NCBI GenBank assembly: GCA_020629155.1
Contig: JAHDDW010000007.1
Location: 17,525 to 81,524, forward strand
Length of the DNA stretch: 64,000 bases
From: Acidimicrobiales bacterium
GTDB taxonomy: Bacteria > Actinomycetota > Acidimicrobiia > Acidimicrobiales > SZUA-35
Direction: 5' to 3'
Part shown: piece by piece, positions 9,031 through 17,871 of the stretch
Layout: each line of letters begins with the position of its first letter
How positions within the stretch are numbered: position 1 is the first letter of the stretch
Made by a program: the position numbers and the translations under genes
The notes under the pieces: generated by a model
Databases searched by the model: none
Seen by the model: only the letters and a program-made list of their open reading frames with translations
What the model was told of the DNA's origin: nothing

Positions 9031-9085
9031 ATTCCCACGAAAGTGGGAATCTCTGCTGGACTAGAATCCCCGATTTCTCGGGGAT
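9031..9085. other. Two adjacent perfect 8-bp tetraloop hairpins in the spacer between the pyruvyl-transferase operon and sodC
   Basis: ATTCCCAC-GAAA-GTGGGAAT (9031-9050) and ATCCCCGA-TTTC-TCGGGGAT (9066-9085). No U-tract on either strand. Confidence 0.5.
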
Positions 9086-9206
9086 GACCACCCTGGAATC
9101 GAAAGAGAGCAAAAACGATAGCGATACTTGTGTGCGAAATACTTTACCCGACAGTAGTGGCAGTTTGAGGATGCCAGAACTTCTAAGAGCCGTCAGAACG
9201 CGTCGA

Positions 9207-10433
9207 CTAAGCAGACGACACCCCGCTAGCAGCGATGCTAACGATTTGCTTCGCATGCTGTGCTGAACTGCGTTGCACCTCATCTAGATGCTCTTCAATT
9301 GTTTTTCTATACTGCTCTCTCGCTAAATAGATATCTACGAAATGACTATATAAACCATCAACCGTTAATGACGCCCCCTCATAGGCGCATTTGCCGACGC
9401 CAAAGGAGTCGAGCACTTCTTTATATTTGTGGCTCCAAGTGGTAACAAGTGTCGGCACTCCAGTGGCCAGTGACGAAACCATAGCGTGAAAACGTGCAGC
9501 AACAGTCATATCGAACTGGCCTGCGATGTGGCGCATCTGCTGCGGCGAAACATAGTCGCTGACAAAAGCTACTTGCTTCTTGTTATTTGTGAGGTCTGCT
9601 ATTTTCTGACACACGTCCATATCGTTGTTGTGCAACTTTGTTACGTCGTCTCGCTGGCTGTGCGGCAAAATATAGACGATAACCTCTGGGTGCGTAGCTG
9701 TTATCTTGTCGATAAAAGCAGCGAGTGTTTTGTCATAATCGCTGTGTTTCGCTCGCAGAACTTGGCTAGGGAAAACCCCAATATTTGTTCTCTTCTGCGA
9801 AAATCCATGAGCGGCGAGTAACCGATCTGCTCTATTTTTTTCGGCGTCACTCACCTGCAAACTGAAAGCATAATCAGCTACGTACTCACAGTTTTTGATA
9901 CCTAGTTGCTGTAGATAGTCAAGCGTGCGAGACCCTCTAGCAAAAACTGTATGCACTTTTGGAAGAAAAAATTTGGCGCATCTTTTGTTGATTGAGTTGG
10001 TGAAAGAACCGAGAGCCTGCGAACATTTGACTACTTTTTTCTTTAAAAAAAGTGCTGGCAGAATACTTGCAACGTTGTAGATAAGAAATTTTTCTCGCCC
10101 GTCGACAAAGGTGATGCCGCCTTGGTCTAGATACACATCGCATTGTGCGAGCACTCGCAGATGCTTCTGTTTACGTAGCATCGGCCGCAACGGTAACGCT
10201 AGTTTATAGAAAAGCGCAAGTGGATTTATGAGCGCTCCAAGTATCGCCGGTGTGGCTGGCACAATTTCAAGATTTGGATAGGTATTCAACGCTGAATCTT
10301 CTTGCGGGTACATGCTAAAAAGCGTGAATTGCGCTTTAGGATCTTGCTGCGAAATTGTTTGCAGCGAAGCCTCCAACATCGAAGCGGCGCCTTTATTTCC
10401 CGATAATGCGGATCCGATAATCAGATAGTTCAT
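9207..10433 (-). CDS. Polysaccharide pyruvyl transferase family protein (WcaK/CsaB-like)
   Basis: 408 aa. The N-terminus MNYLIIGSALSGNKGAASMLEASLQTI resembles the pyruvyl-transferase GNxG(D/A) motif. Last gene of a 3-gene overlapping operon. Confidence 0.65.
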   Translation of the reverse strand: MNYLIIGSALSGNKGAASMLEASLQTISQQDPKAQFTLFSMYPQEDSALNTYPNLEIVPATPAILGALINPLALFYKLALPLRPMLRKQKHLRVLAQCDVYLDQGGITFVDGREKFLIYNVASILPALFLKKKVVKCSQALGSFTNSINKRCAKFFLPKVHTVFARGSRTLDYLQQLGIKNCEYVADYAFSLQVSDAEKNRADRLLAAHGFSQKRTNIGVFPSQVLRAKHSDYDKTLAAFIDKITATHPEVIVYILPHSQRDDVTKLHNNDMDVCQKIADLTNNKKQVAFVSDYVSPQQMRHIAGQFDMTVAARFHAMVSSLATGVPTLVTTWSHKYKEVLDSFGVGKCAYEGASLTVDGLYSHFVDIYLAREQYRKTIEEHLDEVQRSSAQHAKQIVSIAASGVSSA

Positions 10434-11476
10434 TTGTTTTCCTTTTGAGTATGATTTTTGGTGAGATACAAATAGATAGCGGCGACGACGACGTCAGATA
10501 GTGTGGCATATAATCTGGCGACAAGCGCAAGAGCTATAGCAACTTCCAAAGGCAAAAATGTTCGAGTTAAAGCAACGATCACACCTTCTCGCACGCCTAA
10601 ACCGCTTGGAACAAAGATTGCATAGATACCAACGATGCCTGCCAAAATGTAGCTAGCCCCAAGGTAGACAAAGCGACTCGGAGAGATCTGTGTCATCGAT
10701 GTTGCCAGTAACACAAATCCTGCACTATTCAAAATACGAGCTGACATAAAATAAACGCTGTGCAATGCAATGTCTTTGACTCCCAAAAGGCTTGCAGGGT
10801 CAACTTTTTGTTTTGTAACCTTACTTAAGAAAAGCGCTATGAACCGACGCACTTTATTGCCTGTTATTGCAAGCAACAGAACAAACCCACAGCTATAGCC
10901 GATCAATAACGGCGTAGTGAAATTATGTTGCGCCCCCAGAAGGATGATAGGAATAACAAGCACCGTCGAAGCGAGCGTCCGGAAGAGCATTTCATAACCA
11001 AAAGCTACAGCCGTTGCCTTTTTGCTTGCACCTTGGGTTTGCCCCCAGCGAAGCTTATAGACGACTGCTCCGACTTGGCCTGGGACGTATTTCATAAGCC
11101 ACGAGCCACAGTGAGATCGAACTGCTTCTGTTTTGCTTGTCTGCCGCCGCGTTATTCGGCGAAAAACTACGCCCCATAATATGCCTGAAGTAACTATTGC
11201 CGCTATATACAGTGCAAACGCTGTGACGTTCCGCACTGAAAGGCTGAGATCAAGGTGGTTAACTTTTGACCAGTTTTGCTGCAAGGTTCGCCAGAAATAC
11301 AATGCTATAGCTGCGATGAGTATTGTGCTGCCTATTTTTGCAAGCGGAGAGTCTTTGATCGATGCTAGCGAGAACCGAGAAGCGTCTTTTTTATCAGACG
11401 CTACAACAGACGCAGCGTCTTGTGTGTTGTGCTGGCTAACAACAGCATCTAGTGGCTTGCCTTGAACGCTAGCCAT
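10430..11476 (-). CDS. Polytopic membrane protein, flippase-like / LPG-synthase-TM-like (UPF0104)
   Basis: 348 aa: a hydrophilic N-terminus followed by about 8 hydrophobic segments. ATGA overlap with the downstream gene and TGATG overlap with the upstream gene. Confidence 0.5.
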   Translation of the reverse strand: MASVQGKPLDAVVSQHNTQDAASVVASDKKDASRFSLASIKDSPLAKIGSTILIAAIALYFWRTLQQNWSKVNHLDLSLSVRNVTAFALYIAAIVTSGILWGVVFRRITRRQTSKTEAVRSHCGSWLMKYVPGQVGAVVYKLRWGQTQGASKKATAVAFGYEMLFRTLASTVLVIPIILLGAQHNFTTPLLIGYSCGFVLLLAITGNKVRRFIALFLSKVTKQKVDPASLLGVKDIALHSVYFMSARILNSAGFVLLATSMTQISPSRFVYLGASYILAGIVGIYAIFVPSGLGVREGVIVALTRTFLPLEVAIALALVARLYATLSDVVVAAIYLYLTKNHTQKENK

Positions 11477-12555
11477 CAGGTTTTGTTGTAGCTACGGATA
11501 GTATCGAGGCTTTTCTTTTTTGAATTGGCAACCATCGCGTACGGGTCAGGGTAGCCAATAGCCATCAACATGACTGGCCGTTCACTCATTGACAGGTTAA
11601 GTTGTTTTGCCATTTTTCTTTCAAGCGGCTCAAAATCTGGCCAGTTAATCATACACGATGAAAGTCCTAGTGTTTCCAGAGCGAAGGCGAAACTCATAGC
11701 TGCCAGTGAGGTATCGACATAGATCGCGTGGCGGTCACGGGCGCTGAAATACGAGTCGAGCTTGCCAACGAGCACAGCGATTACAGGAATATTATCGGCA
11801 TAGCCTGTTGTCCCGAATGGCGTGTTGGCTATCTGAGAAACCAGCTCGGGTTTGTCAAATATACGAAACTCATAGGGCAGGCGGTTACACGCACTCGGTG
11901 CTTGACGTGCGACGACGAGAGCTTTGTCAATTAGCTCGCGCTCGACAGGCTTATCAAGAAACCAGCGCACAGAGCGACGGTGCTTACTTAACGCGAGCAG
12001 CTCGTCATAGCTGGGCAGTTCAACAGGTTCACTTCGTTGATATGGCACAGCATCTGTTTCCTGCGGCACATAGGTTGCAGCGGCAAAAATATCGCTGGCT
12101 TTTTGAATCGTCTTTGTTGGTTTAACAACAGTGAAATATTGCGCCAGAACGTTGTGTGCCCACGTCAGCTCGTCAACATCAACACTGTCTGGCCGCTCAT
12201 TAAATCGCTGCTGCGTCTGCACATATGTTTTAACCGTCTCGACAATATAGTTTTCTGCGAACACATCACGGCGAGGCTGCATAAGCAAACCTTTTTCAAG
12301 CCGATGAGTATTTCGGCGTAACAGTGTGTTGCTTCTATCAGCGCCTTCAAGATTTTGATAGTAGCCTTTTTTTCCTGCCATCACAGCACGCTGTTCACGC
12401 ATAAAATTCACGAACGCGACCCAGTGATAGGGCACGCTCAACAGGTATGAACTGCCAAATATAGTAGTGAAAATCTGTGTTGACTTGCGGCGGGTTTGCC
12501 GTATCGCAGAGAATGAAAGCATCCGCTGAACCATTTTTTTCAGATCATTCAACAT
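11476..12555 (-). CDS. Nitroreductase-family protein with long N-terminal extension
   Basis: C-terminal half carries HRRSVRWF...ARQAPSACNRLPYEFRIF, typical of the nitroreductase fold. About 170 additional N-terminal residues. Confidence 0.75.
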   Translation of the reverse strand: MLNDLKKMVQRMLSFSAIRQTRRKSTQIFTTIFGSSYLLSVPYHWVAFVNFMREQRAVMAGKKGYYQNLEGADRSNTLLRRNTHRLEKGLLMQPRRDVFAENYIVETVKTYVQTQQRFNERPDSVDVDELTWAHNVLAQYFTVVKPTKTIQKASDIFAAATYVPQETDAVPYQRSEPVELPSYDELLALSKHRRSVRWFLDKPVERELIDKALVVARQAPSACNRLPYEFRIFDKPELVSQIANTPFGTTGYADNIPVIAVLVGKLDSYFSARDRHAIYVDTSLAAMSFAFALETLGLSSCMINWPDFEPLERKMAKQLNLSMSERPVMLMAIGYPDPYAMVANSKKKSLDTIRSYNKT

Positions 12556-12710
12556 GAAAATCCTTAATACTACCCGCTGCCGTCAAACATACTAGCTGCC
12601 AAAAGATCTTGCTTGAGCGATAGTCCGAAGTGAACAACTAATCAAAAATAAATCAGCTGTCCCCACACAGACAGGCGACCATTAGCGCAGCAACACAAAA
12701 CGGGGATGCG

Positions 12711-12966
12711 TTACTCCCAATCTTGATCAAGAAAAATATGAACTAGTTCTATAACGCTTGTTGAAACTTTTCTACCAAGCACCGCGTAGGAGCGGCCAGA
12801 CCCAATATGTTGCTTGTACTCGTCTCTCCCCGAATACCCTAAAGGAAATCGATCCCAACCGTCAGCTATCTCTTCAAATATTCTATACAAGTCAAACGTA
12901 TAGAAATCATTTCTTGAAGGCTCACCATTCGACCCCCTCTCAGAAGGAAGCGTCTATCCAAATCAT
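12711..12966 (-). pseudogene. Frameshifted toxin-like ORF related to 5736-6041
   Basis: My translation gives ATG 12966 MIWIDASF-stop. The +1 frame is open from 12953 to the TAA at 12711-12713 and reads ...EPSRNDFYTFDLYRIFEEIADGWDRFPLGYSGRDEYKQHIGSGRSYAVLGRKVSTSVIELVHIFLDQDWE. The longest start-containing piece is 59 aa, which is why it is missing from the track. Confidence 0.45.
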
Positions 12967-12987
12967 CCCAAAAAGATTGCAGAGGGA

Positions 12988-13119
12988 TTACTTTTCTTCT
13001 TCTTTGATCCACTTTTGAAATTCTTTTTTAGCTTCGGCCACAAACCTAGCTCTTGGCTCTACAGATTCAGGCGCAGGCCACTCAGACGCTGACAACTTTT
13101 CAAGATATTCAAAGTTCAT
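12988..13119 (-). CDS. 43-aa ORF in antitoxin position upstream of the degraded toxin-like ORF
   Basis: My translation: MNFEYLEKLSASEWPAPESVEPRARFVAEAKKEFQKWIKEEEK-stop. Below the track's length cut-off. Confidence 0.3.
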   Translation of the reverse strand: MNFEYLEKLSASEWPAPESVEPRARFVAEAKKEFQKWIKEEEK

Positions 13120-13204
13120 TTTTCCCACACCTTTACGTTACTACAGATATCTTACCACCACACCACCCCAAGACAAACACATGTTCGCATCAGCGATTGT
13201 GGCG

Positions 13205-13243
13205 GCACAAAAATACAAAAGGGGGATGCATTATGCATCCCCC
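13205..13243 (-). terminator. Rho-independent terminator downstream of the S8 protease gene
   Basis: 10-bp GC-rich stem GGGGGATGCA / TGCATCCCCC (13221-13230 / 13234-13243). On the minus strand it is followed by TTTTGTATTTTTGTG. Confidence 0.85.
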
Positions 13244-13268
13244 CTTTGTTCAGTACTTCTAACGCTGG

Positions 13269-15350
13269 CTAGTAGGTTGCTGGCAAATATTCAAACCAGC
13301 CATTGCAGGCAATTCTTTCAAGTTGTTTGTAACCAATACCACAACCACCGTCAAGCCAAACACCTTTTGAACGTGTTGTTTCTGATTCAATCTGCTGGCC
13401 GCCAATTCGTGCGTAGTCAATTGTCACGTTACGGTCAACCGTGCTGTGATGATCATTCACGAATGCCACTTTCATAGAAGCGACATCGCCTGCAAAGGTG
13501 TATTCCAGATTCTGATACTCTGTAGCAGCTGTCCAGGTGTGCACAACTGAACCATTAATCTCTAGCTCTAGAATTTCTTCTCCTGTGTCACCTTTTGCTC
13601 GCACCACAATTGCAGTTCCTTCAGGCGCCGAAGATGTATCAAGAACGTTGCTGACATATGTATAGTTATTATCTGCAACAGCCAAAGTCAATTCGGCTTG
13701 ATAGCGAGCCCCAACAACAGCAACATCATAATCGATAGATGCTCCACATTCTACTGCGCCAGTGAGGACACCATCAGTTGCGAGTTGTCCAGTCTCAACA
13801 TCATAAATCTTTAAGGCATAGGCGGCAGGACCAGACGGACATTGAACATCGCCGTGATAGCTAATCATAGAATCGCTTTGAGCTGTTAGAGCATGCTCTA
13901 CAGATACAACAGCACTCTCATTTCCATCATCTGATGAATTGCCACTCACATCGGCATACAAAATTTTGTTGACTTCGCCTTGGCCAGGTGTTGCTGAAGC
14001 GATAACGTCTGCGATGACTTGCTCTGCAGACAATTCAGGGCGTTCGCTCCAGTAGCTTGCTGCAACTCCAGCGGTGTATGGCGAAGAAAATGATGTTCCG
14101 TTAGCTGACGCATAGGCACTATCGCTAGCATTTGAAGCCAACATCACACCTTGACCTGGGGCATAAAGATCGACACAAGAACCATAACTTGAAAAATAAG
14201 CCTGCTTATCAGCGCTGTTAGTCGCTCCGACAATTAGTGCTCTTGTTGCTAACCGCATGCCATAACAGGCATCGCTAGAACCATTACCAGCAGCCATAAC
14301 TGGAACGATATTTGCAGACACCATATTGTTTATGACATCTCTCATTGCAAGCGAACTATGGTAGTTTCTAGCGCCAAAGCTCATATTAACAACACTGTGT
14401 GACTCTGCGTTTACTGCCACCCATTCCCACGCTTTCCAAATATCGGTCCACGTCGCGCCTCCCACACAAGGCAATACTTTCAATGAATGCAGGTTTGCCT
14501 CGTTAGCGACACCAACAGTTTCACCTGCAGCAAGACTGGCCACACCAACACCATGACCACCACAATCTTCCAGAGCACTTGAGCTATCACCTTCAACGAA
14601 GTTTTGACCACTTACGACACGACCATTAAATTCGTTATGTGTTGCGCGAACACCCGTGTCCAGTATGTAAATATTTGTACCTGACCCACGATGCTCAAGA
14701 GCAAAAGAGCCGTCTAGACCTTGACGCTGGTCAAGTCGATCCAGACCCCAAGAGGACGTTTTAGCTTGTGTTTGCGGCGCTTCTTCTGAAGCTAAAGGTG
14801 TGAACTCTTCCAGATCTTCGCCTGAAGCGTCTACTACATCTTCCAACAAATCGACTTTACGGTCTTGTTCTATGTACGAAACATGTTCATTTTTGCGGAG
14901 AGTTTCGACAGCGGCATCATCTAGCTCGGCAACAAATCCAACCAATGCAGCTTCCATCTCAAAGATAATTGTGCCGCCTTCAGCTTTCGCGCTCGCAATA
15001 ACTTCTTTCTGCAACTCAGAGGCGTTAGCTTCCTGCGGGGTAGCTTTCAGCACGACGGTATATCGATCACCATCTCCGACCACTTCATCGATTGGGGCTT
15101 CTAGCACTGGAGCTTCTTTAACTTCAGGCGTAGCATCTGTTGCTGGAGGCAGCGTTGTTGAAGGCGCTAACTTTGTTTCAGGGTCGGCGACAGTTTCTTC
15201 GACACGTTCAGACTCGTTACCTGGCAGTGTTGTAGCGCTTGTGCTGGTTTCATCAGCGCTAGCGTTTGCTTGATCTGCACTGCTACACGCAGCACCGACT
15301 AGCACTAAAAAGCCAAACAAACCCACAAAAAAAGCATTTTTTTTCATCAA
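13269..15350 (-). CDS. Secreted subtilisin-like serine protease (peptidase S8), lipoprotein signal, propeptide and C-terminal putative carbohydrate-binding module
   Basis: Lipobox LVGAACSS. Catalytic motifs ILDTGVRATHNEF (Asp), GGHGVGVASLAAG (His), AAGNGS and NGTSFSSPYTAGVAA (Ser). About 200-aa beta-rich C-terminal tail. Confidence 0.88.
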   Translation of the reverse strand: MMKKNAFFVGLFGFLVLVGAACSSADQANASADETSTSATTLPGNESERVEETVADPETKLAPSTTLPPATDATPEVKEAPVLEAPIDEVVGDGDRYTVVLKATPQEANASELQKEVIASAKAEGGTIIFEMEAALVGFVAELDDAAVETLRKNEHVSYIEQDRKVDLLEDVVDASGEDLEEFTPLASEEAPQTQAKTSSWGLDRLDQRQGLDGSFALEHRGSGTNIYILDTGVRATHNEFNGRVVSGQNFVEGDSSSALEDCGGHGVGVASLAAGETVGVANEANLHSLKVLPCVGGATWTDIWKAWEWVAVNAESHSVVNMSFGARNYHSSLAMRDVINNMVSANIVPVMAAGNGSSDACYGMRLATRALIVGATNSADKQAYFSSYGSCVDLYAPGQGVMLASNASDSAYASANGTSFSSPYTAGVAASYWSERPELSAEQVIADVIASATPGQGEVNKILYADVSGNSSDDGNESAVVSVEHALTAQSDSMISYHGDVQCPSGPAAYALKIYDVETGQLATDGVLTGAVECGASIDYDVAVVGARYQAELTLAVADNNYTYVSNVLDTSSAPEGTAIVVRAKGDTGEEILELEINGSVVHTWTAATEYQNLEYTFAGDVASMKVAFVNDHHSTVDRNVTIDYARIGGQQIESETTRSKGVWLDGGCGIGYKQLERIACNGWFEYLPATY

Positions 15351-15508
15351 ACCCCGCCGTTCAATTAATTCAAATATAGAACAATTACCTACCTACTATG
15401 CCCGCTTCTACAACAACAATCAACATGAACAACTCCAGAGTGACTAAGTTGTCACACTAGCTCACTATTGAACTATGCGATCTCTTTCTGTCAGGCTAAA
15501 GTTAACTC

Positions 15509-16384
15509 ATGGCAACCAAACTTGTTCTGCGTACATGGGTCCTCGGGGCTCGCCCCAAAACACTTGTCGCAGCTGTTGTGCCCGTCACCGTCGGCTCGGC
15601 TTTAGCTTTTAGTGATGATACATGGTTTGTTTCTCGAACAGTCGCAGCACTGTGTGTCTCTATCGCTTTGCAAATAGCCACAAACTATGTGAACGACTAC
15701 GCCGATGGACAGCGAGGCACCGACAACGACCGTGTAGGGCCGCAACGGCTTGTAGCCTCAGGGTTAGCGACGAAATCTGAAGTTAAACAAGCGGCGCTTA
15801 CGTGTTTTGGCATAGCTGGCATCGCAGGACTATTTCTTGCTTTCGTCGTCGGACCTGAACTGCTTGCGGTTGGTGCGCTCTCAATGCTAGCCGGATGGGG
15901 CTACACTGGGGGCTCTAAACCATATGGCTATTATGGGCTCGGCGAACTTTTTGTTTTCATCTTCTTTGGCGTAGTTGCAACCATCGGCTCCTATTATGTC
16001 CATATCAAATCAGTCACAGTAGTTGTAGCTGTTGCGTCAGTTCTTGTCGGCTGTTTAGCAGTGGCGTTAATGATCACCAACAATCTGCGCGACATCGAAG
16101 GCGATGCGATTTCAAACAAAAACACTTTAGCCGTTCTCCTCGGAGAAACCCGAACACGCTGGTTTTATAGCATGACTATTGTGATCGCACTAACGTGTCT
16201 TGCAATTATTAGTGTCACGAAACCCTATGCTCTGTCAGCTTTGCCTGGGTTTGCGATTTACTTCACGCCGCTTAAGCAAGTGATGAGCGGAGCCTCAGGT
16301 CGCCAGCTCCTTCCAGTTCTAGCACAATCTGCCAAGGCACAAATGGCTGTAGGTGCGCTTCTCACTGTTGGGATGCTGCTATGA
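15509..16384 (+). CDS. menA: 1,4-dihydroxy-2-naphthoate polyprenyltransferase
   Basis: UbiA-family membrane protein with the NDYADGQRGTD motif and a second motif region NNLRDIEGD. Confidence 0.88.
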   Translation: MATKLVLRTWVLGARPKTLVAAVVPVTVGSALAFSDDTWFVSRTVAALCVSIALQIATNYVNDYADGQRGTDNDRVGPQRLVASGLATKSEVKQAALTCFGIAGIAGLFLAFVVGPELLAVGALSMLAGWGYTGGSKPYGYYGLGELFVFIFFGVVATIGSYYVHIKSVTVVVAVASVLVGCLAVALMITNNLRDIEGDAISNKNTLAVLLGETRTRWFYSMTIVIALTCLAIISVTKPYALSALPGFAIYFTPLKQVMSGASGRQLLPVLAQSAKAQMAVGALLTVGMLL

Positions 16385-17010
16385 GCACTAACTATTACGA
16401 GCTGCTCGGTGTTACATCGACAGCACAAACCCAGACGATCCGCAAAGCTTATCTAGAGAAGGCTCGACAATGGCATCCAGATAATTTTGGAGACACCCCG
16501 CCATCTGATGCACAGAAACAGATGCAGCGATTAAACGAGGCTTGGCAATGTCTGCGAGATGACGCGTCACGCGCAGCATATGACAGGCAACAAGCCTCAA
16601 AAATTCAGCGACAGAACGTTATCAGAGTTACGAACGATTTTTCGACAGTGAGAACTACTACGCAGCATCGCCGCCAACAAGAAGAGGCGCGCACTCAGAA
16701 ACAAAAAAAATCGTTTCGCAAGTTACTCATAACTTTTGCTGCACTCGCAGGGGCTGCACTCGTCGCATTTTCTTTTCTTTCAACTACGCCAGAGGAAAGC
16801 AACCCTGCCGCTTTGCCCTCTGAGGTTAATTTAGGTGCAAATATAGCTATAGGTGACTGTGTTTCAGTACAAACTGGGCCTTCACTGTTAGAAGTGCCTT
16901 GTGACAGAAACGCAACGGGGCGTATTTTTTCTGTTGCTGCTACATGTGCGCCAGATGCTCAAGAACTTACATTGCAGAACGAGGTAACAATCTGCCTCAT
17001 TGCCGTGTAA
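16381..17010 (+). CDS. J-domain (DnaJ-like) membrane-anchored protein
   Basis: NYYELLGVTSTAQTQTIRKAYLEKARQWHPDNF (HPD motif) and one TM segment LLITFAALAGAALVAFSFL. ATGA overlap with menA. Confidence 0.8.
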   Translation: MSTNYYELLGVTSTAQTQTIRKAYLEKARQWHPDNFGDTPPSDAQKQMQRLNEAWQCLRDDASRAAYDRQQASKIQRQNVIRVTNDFSTVRTTTQHRRQQEEARTQKQKKSFRKLLITFAALAGAALVAFSFLSTTPEESNPAALPSEVNLGANIAIGDCVSVQTGPSLLEVPCDRNATGRIFSVAATCAPDAQELTLQNEVTICLIAV

Positions 17011-17026
17011 GCCAGTTTGAGTTGAC

Positions 17027-17557
17027 TTAAGGCGCCGCCGTCGACGCTGCTTGAGGTTTCGCCGTGGTCACTGGTTTAGTGGTTGTGGTAGGCTTTGCCG
17101 TAGTAGGTTTCGCTGTTGTGGATGGTTTCGCCGTAGTGTTCGCCTTTTTTGTAGTTTCTGGTTTTGCGGTTGTTTTTGGTGTGACTGTTTGTTTAGCTGT
17201 GGTCGCTGGCGCTGTTGATGAAGTTTCGACAGCGGTAGTAGCAACAGGTGCCGTTGTTGGCACAGCAGTTGCTTGCACAATAGCCTGTGTTGTCGCAACC
17301 TGAGTTGTAGCCTGCTGTTCTTGCTTAGTCGTTGTTGATTCTGGCACTGTTGTGGTCGACTTATTTGAAGTAACTGTTTCAACGGCTAAGTCATTTGGCT
17401 GCACAAACGCTACTACTGATGGCTTACTTGTTTCGAAAGCGTCTGTTCTACCAAAGTTGTTTATGGCCCCAAACAGAAAAATAAGTGACAATAGCGAAAC
17501 CACAAAGACAATCGCACTTCCTGTCACATACAACTTTGGGTTAAGATCGCTTTCCAT
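17027..17557 (-). CDS. Membrane-anchored Thr/Ala/Pro-rich low-complexity protein
   Basis: N-terminal TM segment AIVFVVSLLSLIFLFGAI, then mucin-like TTAKP-type repeats (KPSTTAKPTTAKPTTTTKPVTTAKP) encoded by imperfect ~15-nt DNA repeats at about 17064-17300. Confidence 0.6.
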   Translation of the reverse strand: MESDLNPKLYVTGSAIVFVVSLLSLIFLFGAINNFGRTDAFETSKPSVVAFVQPNDLAVETVTSNKSTTTVPESTTTKQEQQATTQVATTQAIVQATAVPTTAPVATTAVETSSTAPATTAKQTVTPKTTAKPETTKKANTTAKPSTTAKPTTAKPTTTTKPVTTAKPQAASTAAP

Positions 17558-17871
17558 ACGTGCTTAGTCGGTCAAAAGACCTATTCTTTAAAGGTTTTCG
17601 ATATTTACTCAGGAATAGCGATTCTATGTCGACAATGTAGTGTGAGTTCTCTACATACGAAGCCTGGAAATTCTATTATTGCTCGTTATCGCCATATTGG
17701 GTTACGAATGAGCTGCATGAAATGTGAAGTCGCTTGGACAGGAGCTTCCGACTCATCATGTTGGGTCTGCGACGAGCCAGGCACTCCAGGGCCTCCCCCA
17801 TCGATCTATCCAGACATAGAATAATCAAACACAAACAGAGCCGACTATGGGCAATCACACAAGAACTTCGA

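Noticed and set aside
9009-9283. Mutually antisense ORFs 9009-9266 (+) and 9029-9283 (-)
   Set aside because: They overlap each other and the 3' end of the pyruvyl-transferase gene, and are Arg/Ser/Leu-rich. The region is better explained by the twin hairpins and a spacer.
12758-13262. Plus-strand ORFs 12758-13018 and 13053-13262
   Set aside because: The sequence is low-complexity and there is no ribosome-binding site. The opposite strand carries the small ORF plus the frameshifted toxin-like frame and the strong S8 terminator hairpin.
17642-17824. 60-aa ORF with a CxxC...CxxC pattern (MSCMKCEVAWTGASDSSCWVCDEPG...)
   Set aside because: It could be a small zinc-ribbon protein, but there is no clear ribosome-binding site, it overlaps two other short ORFs, and I recognise no homologue. 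The evidence is too weak to list as a feature.
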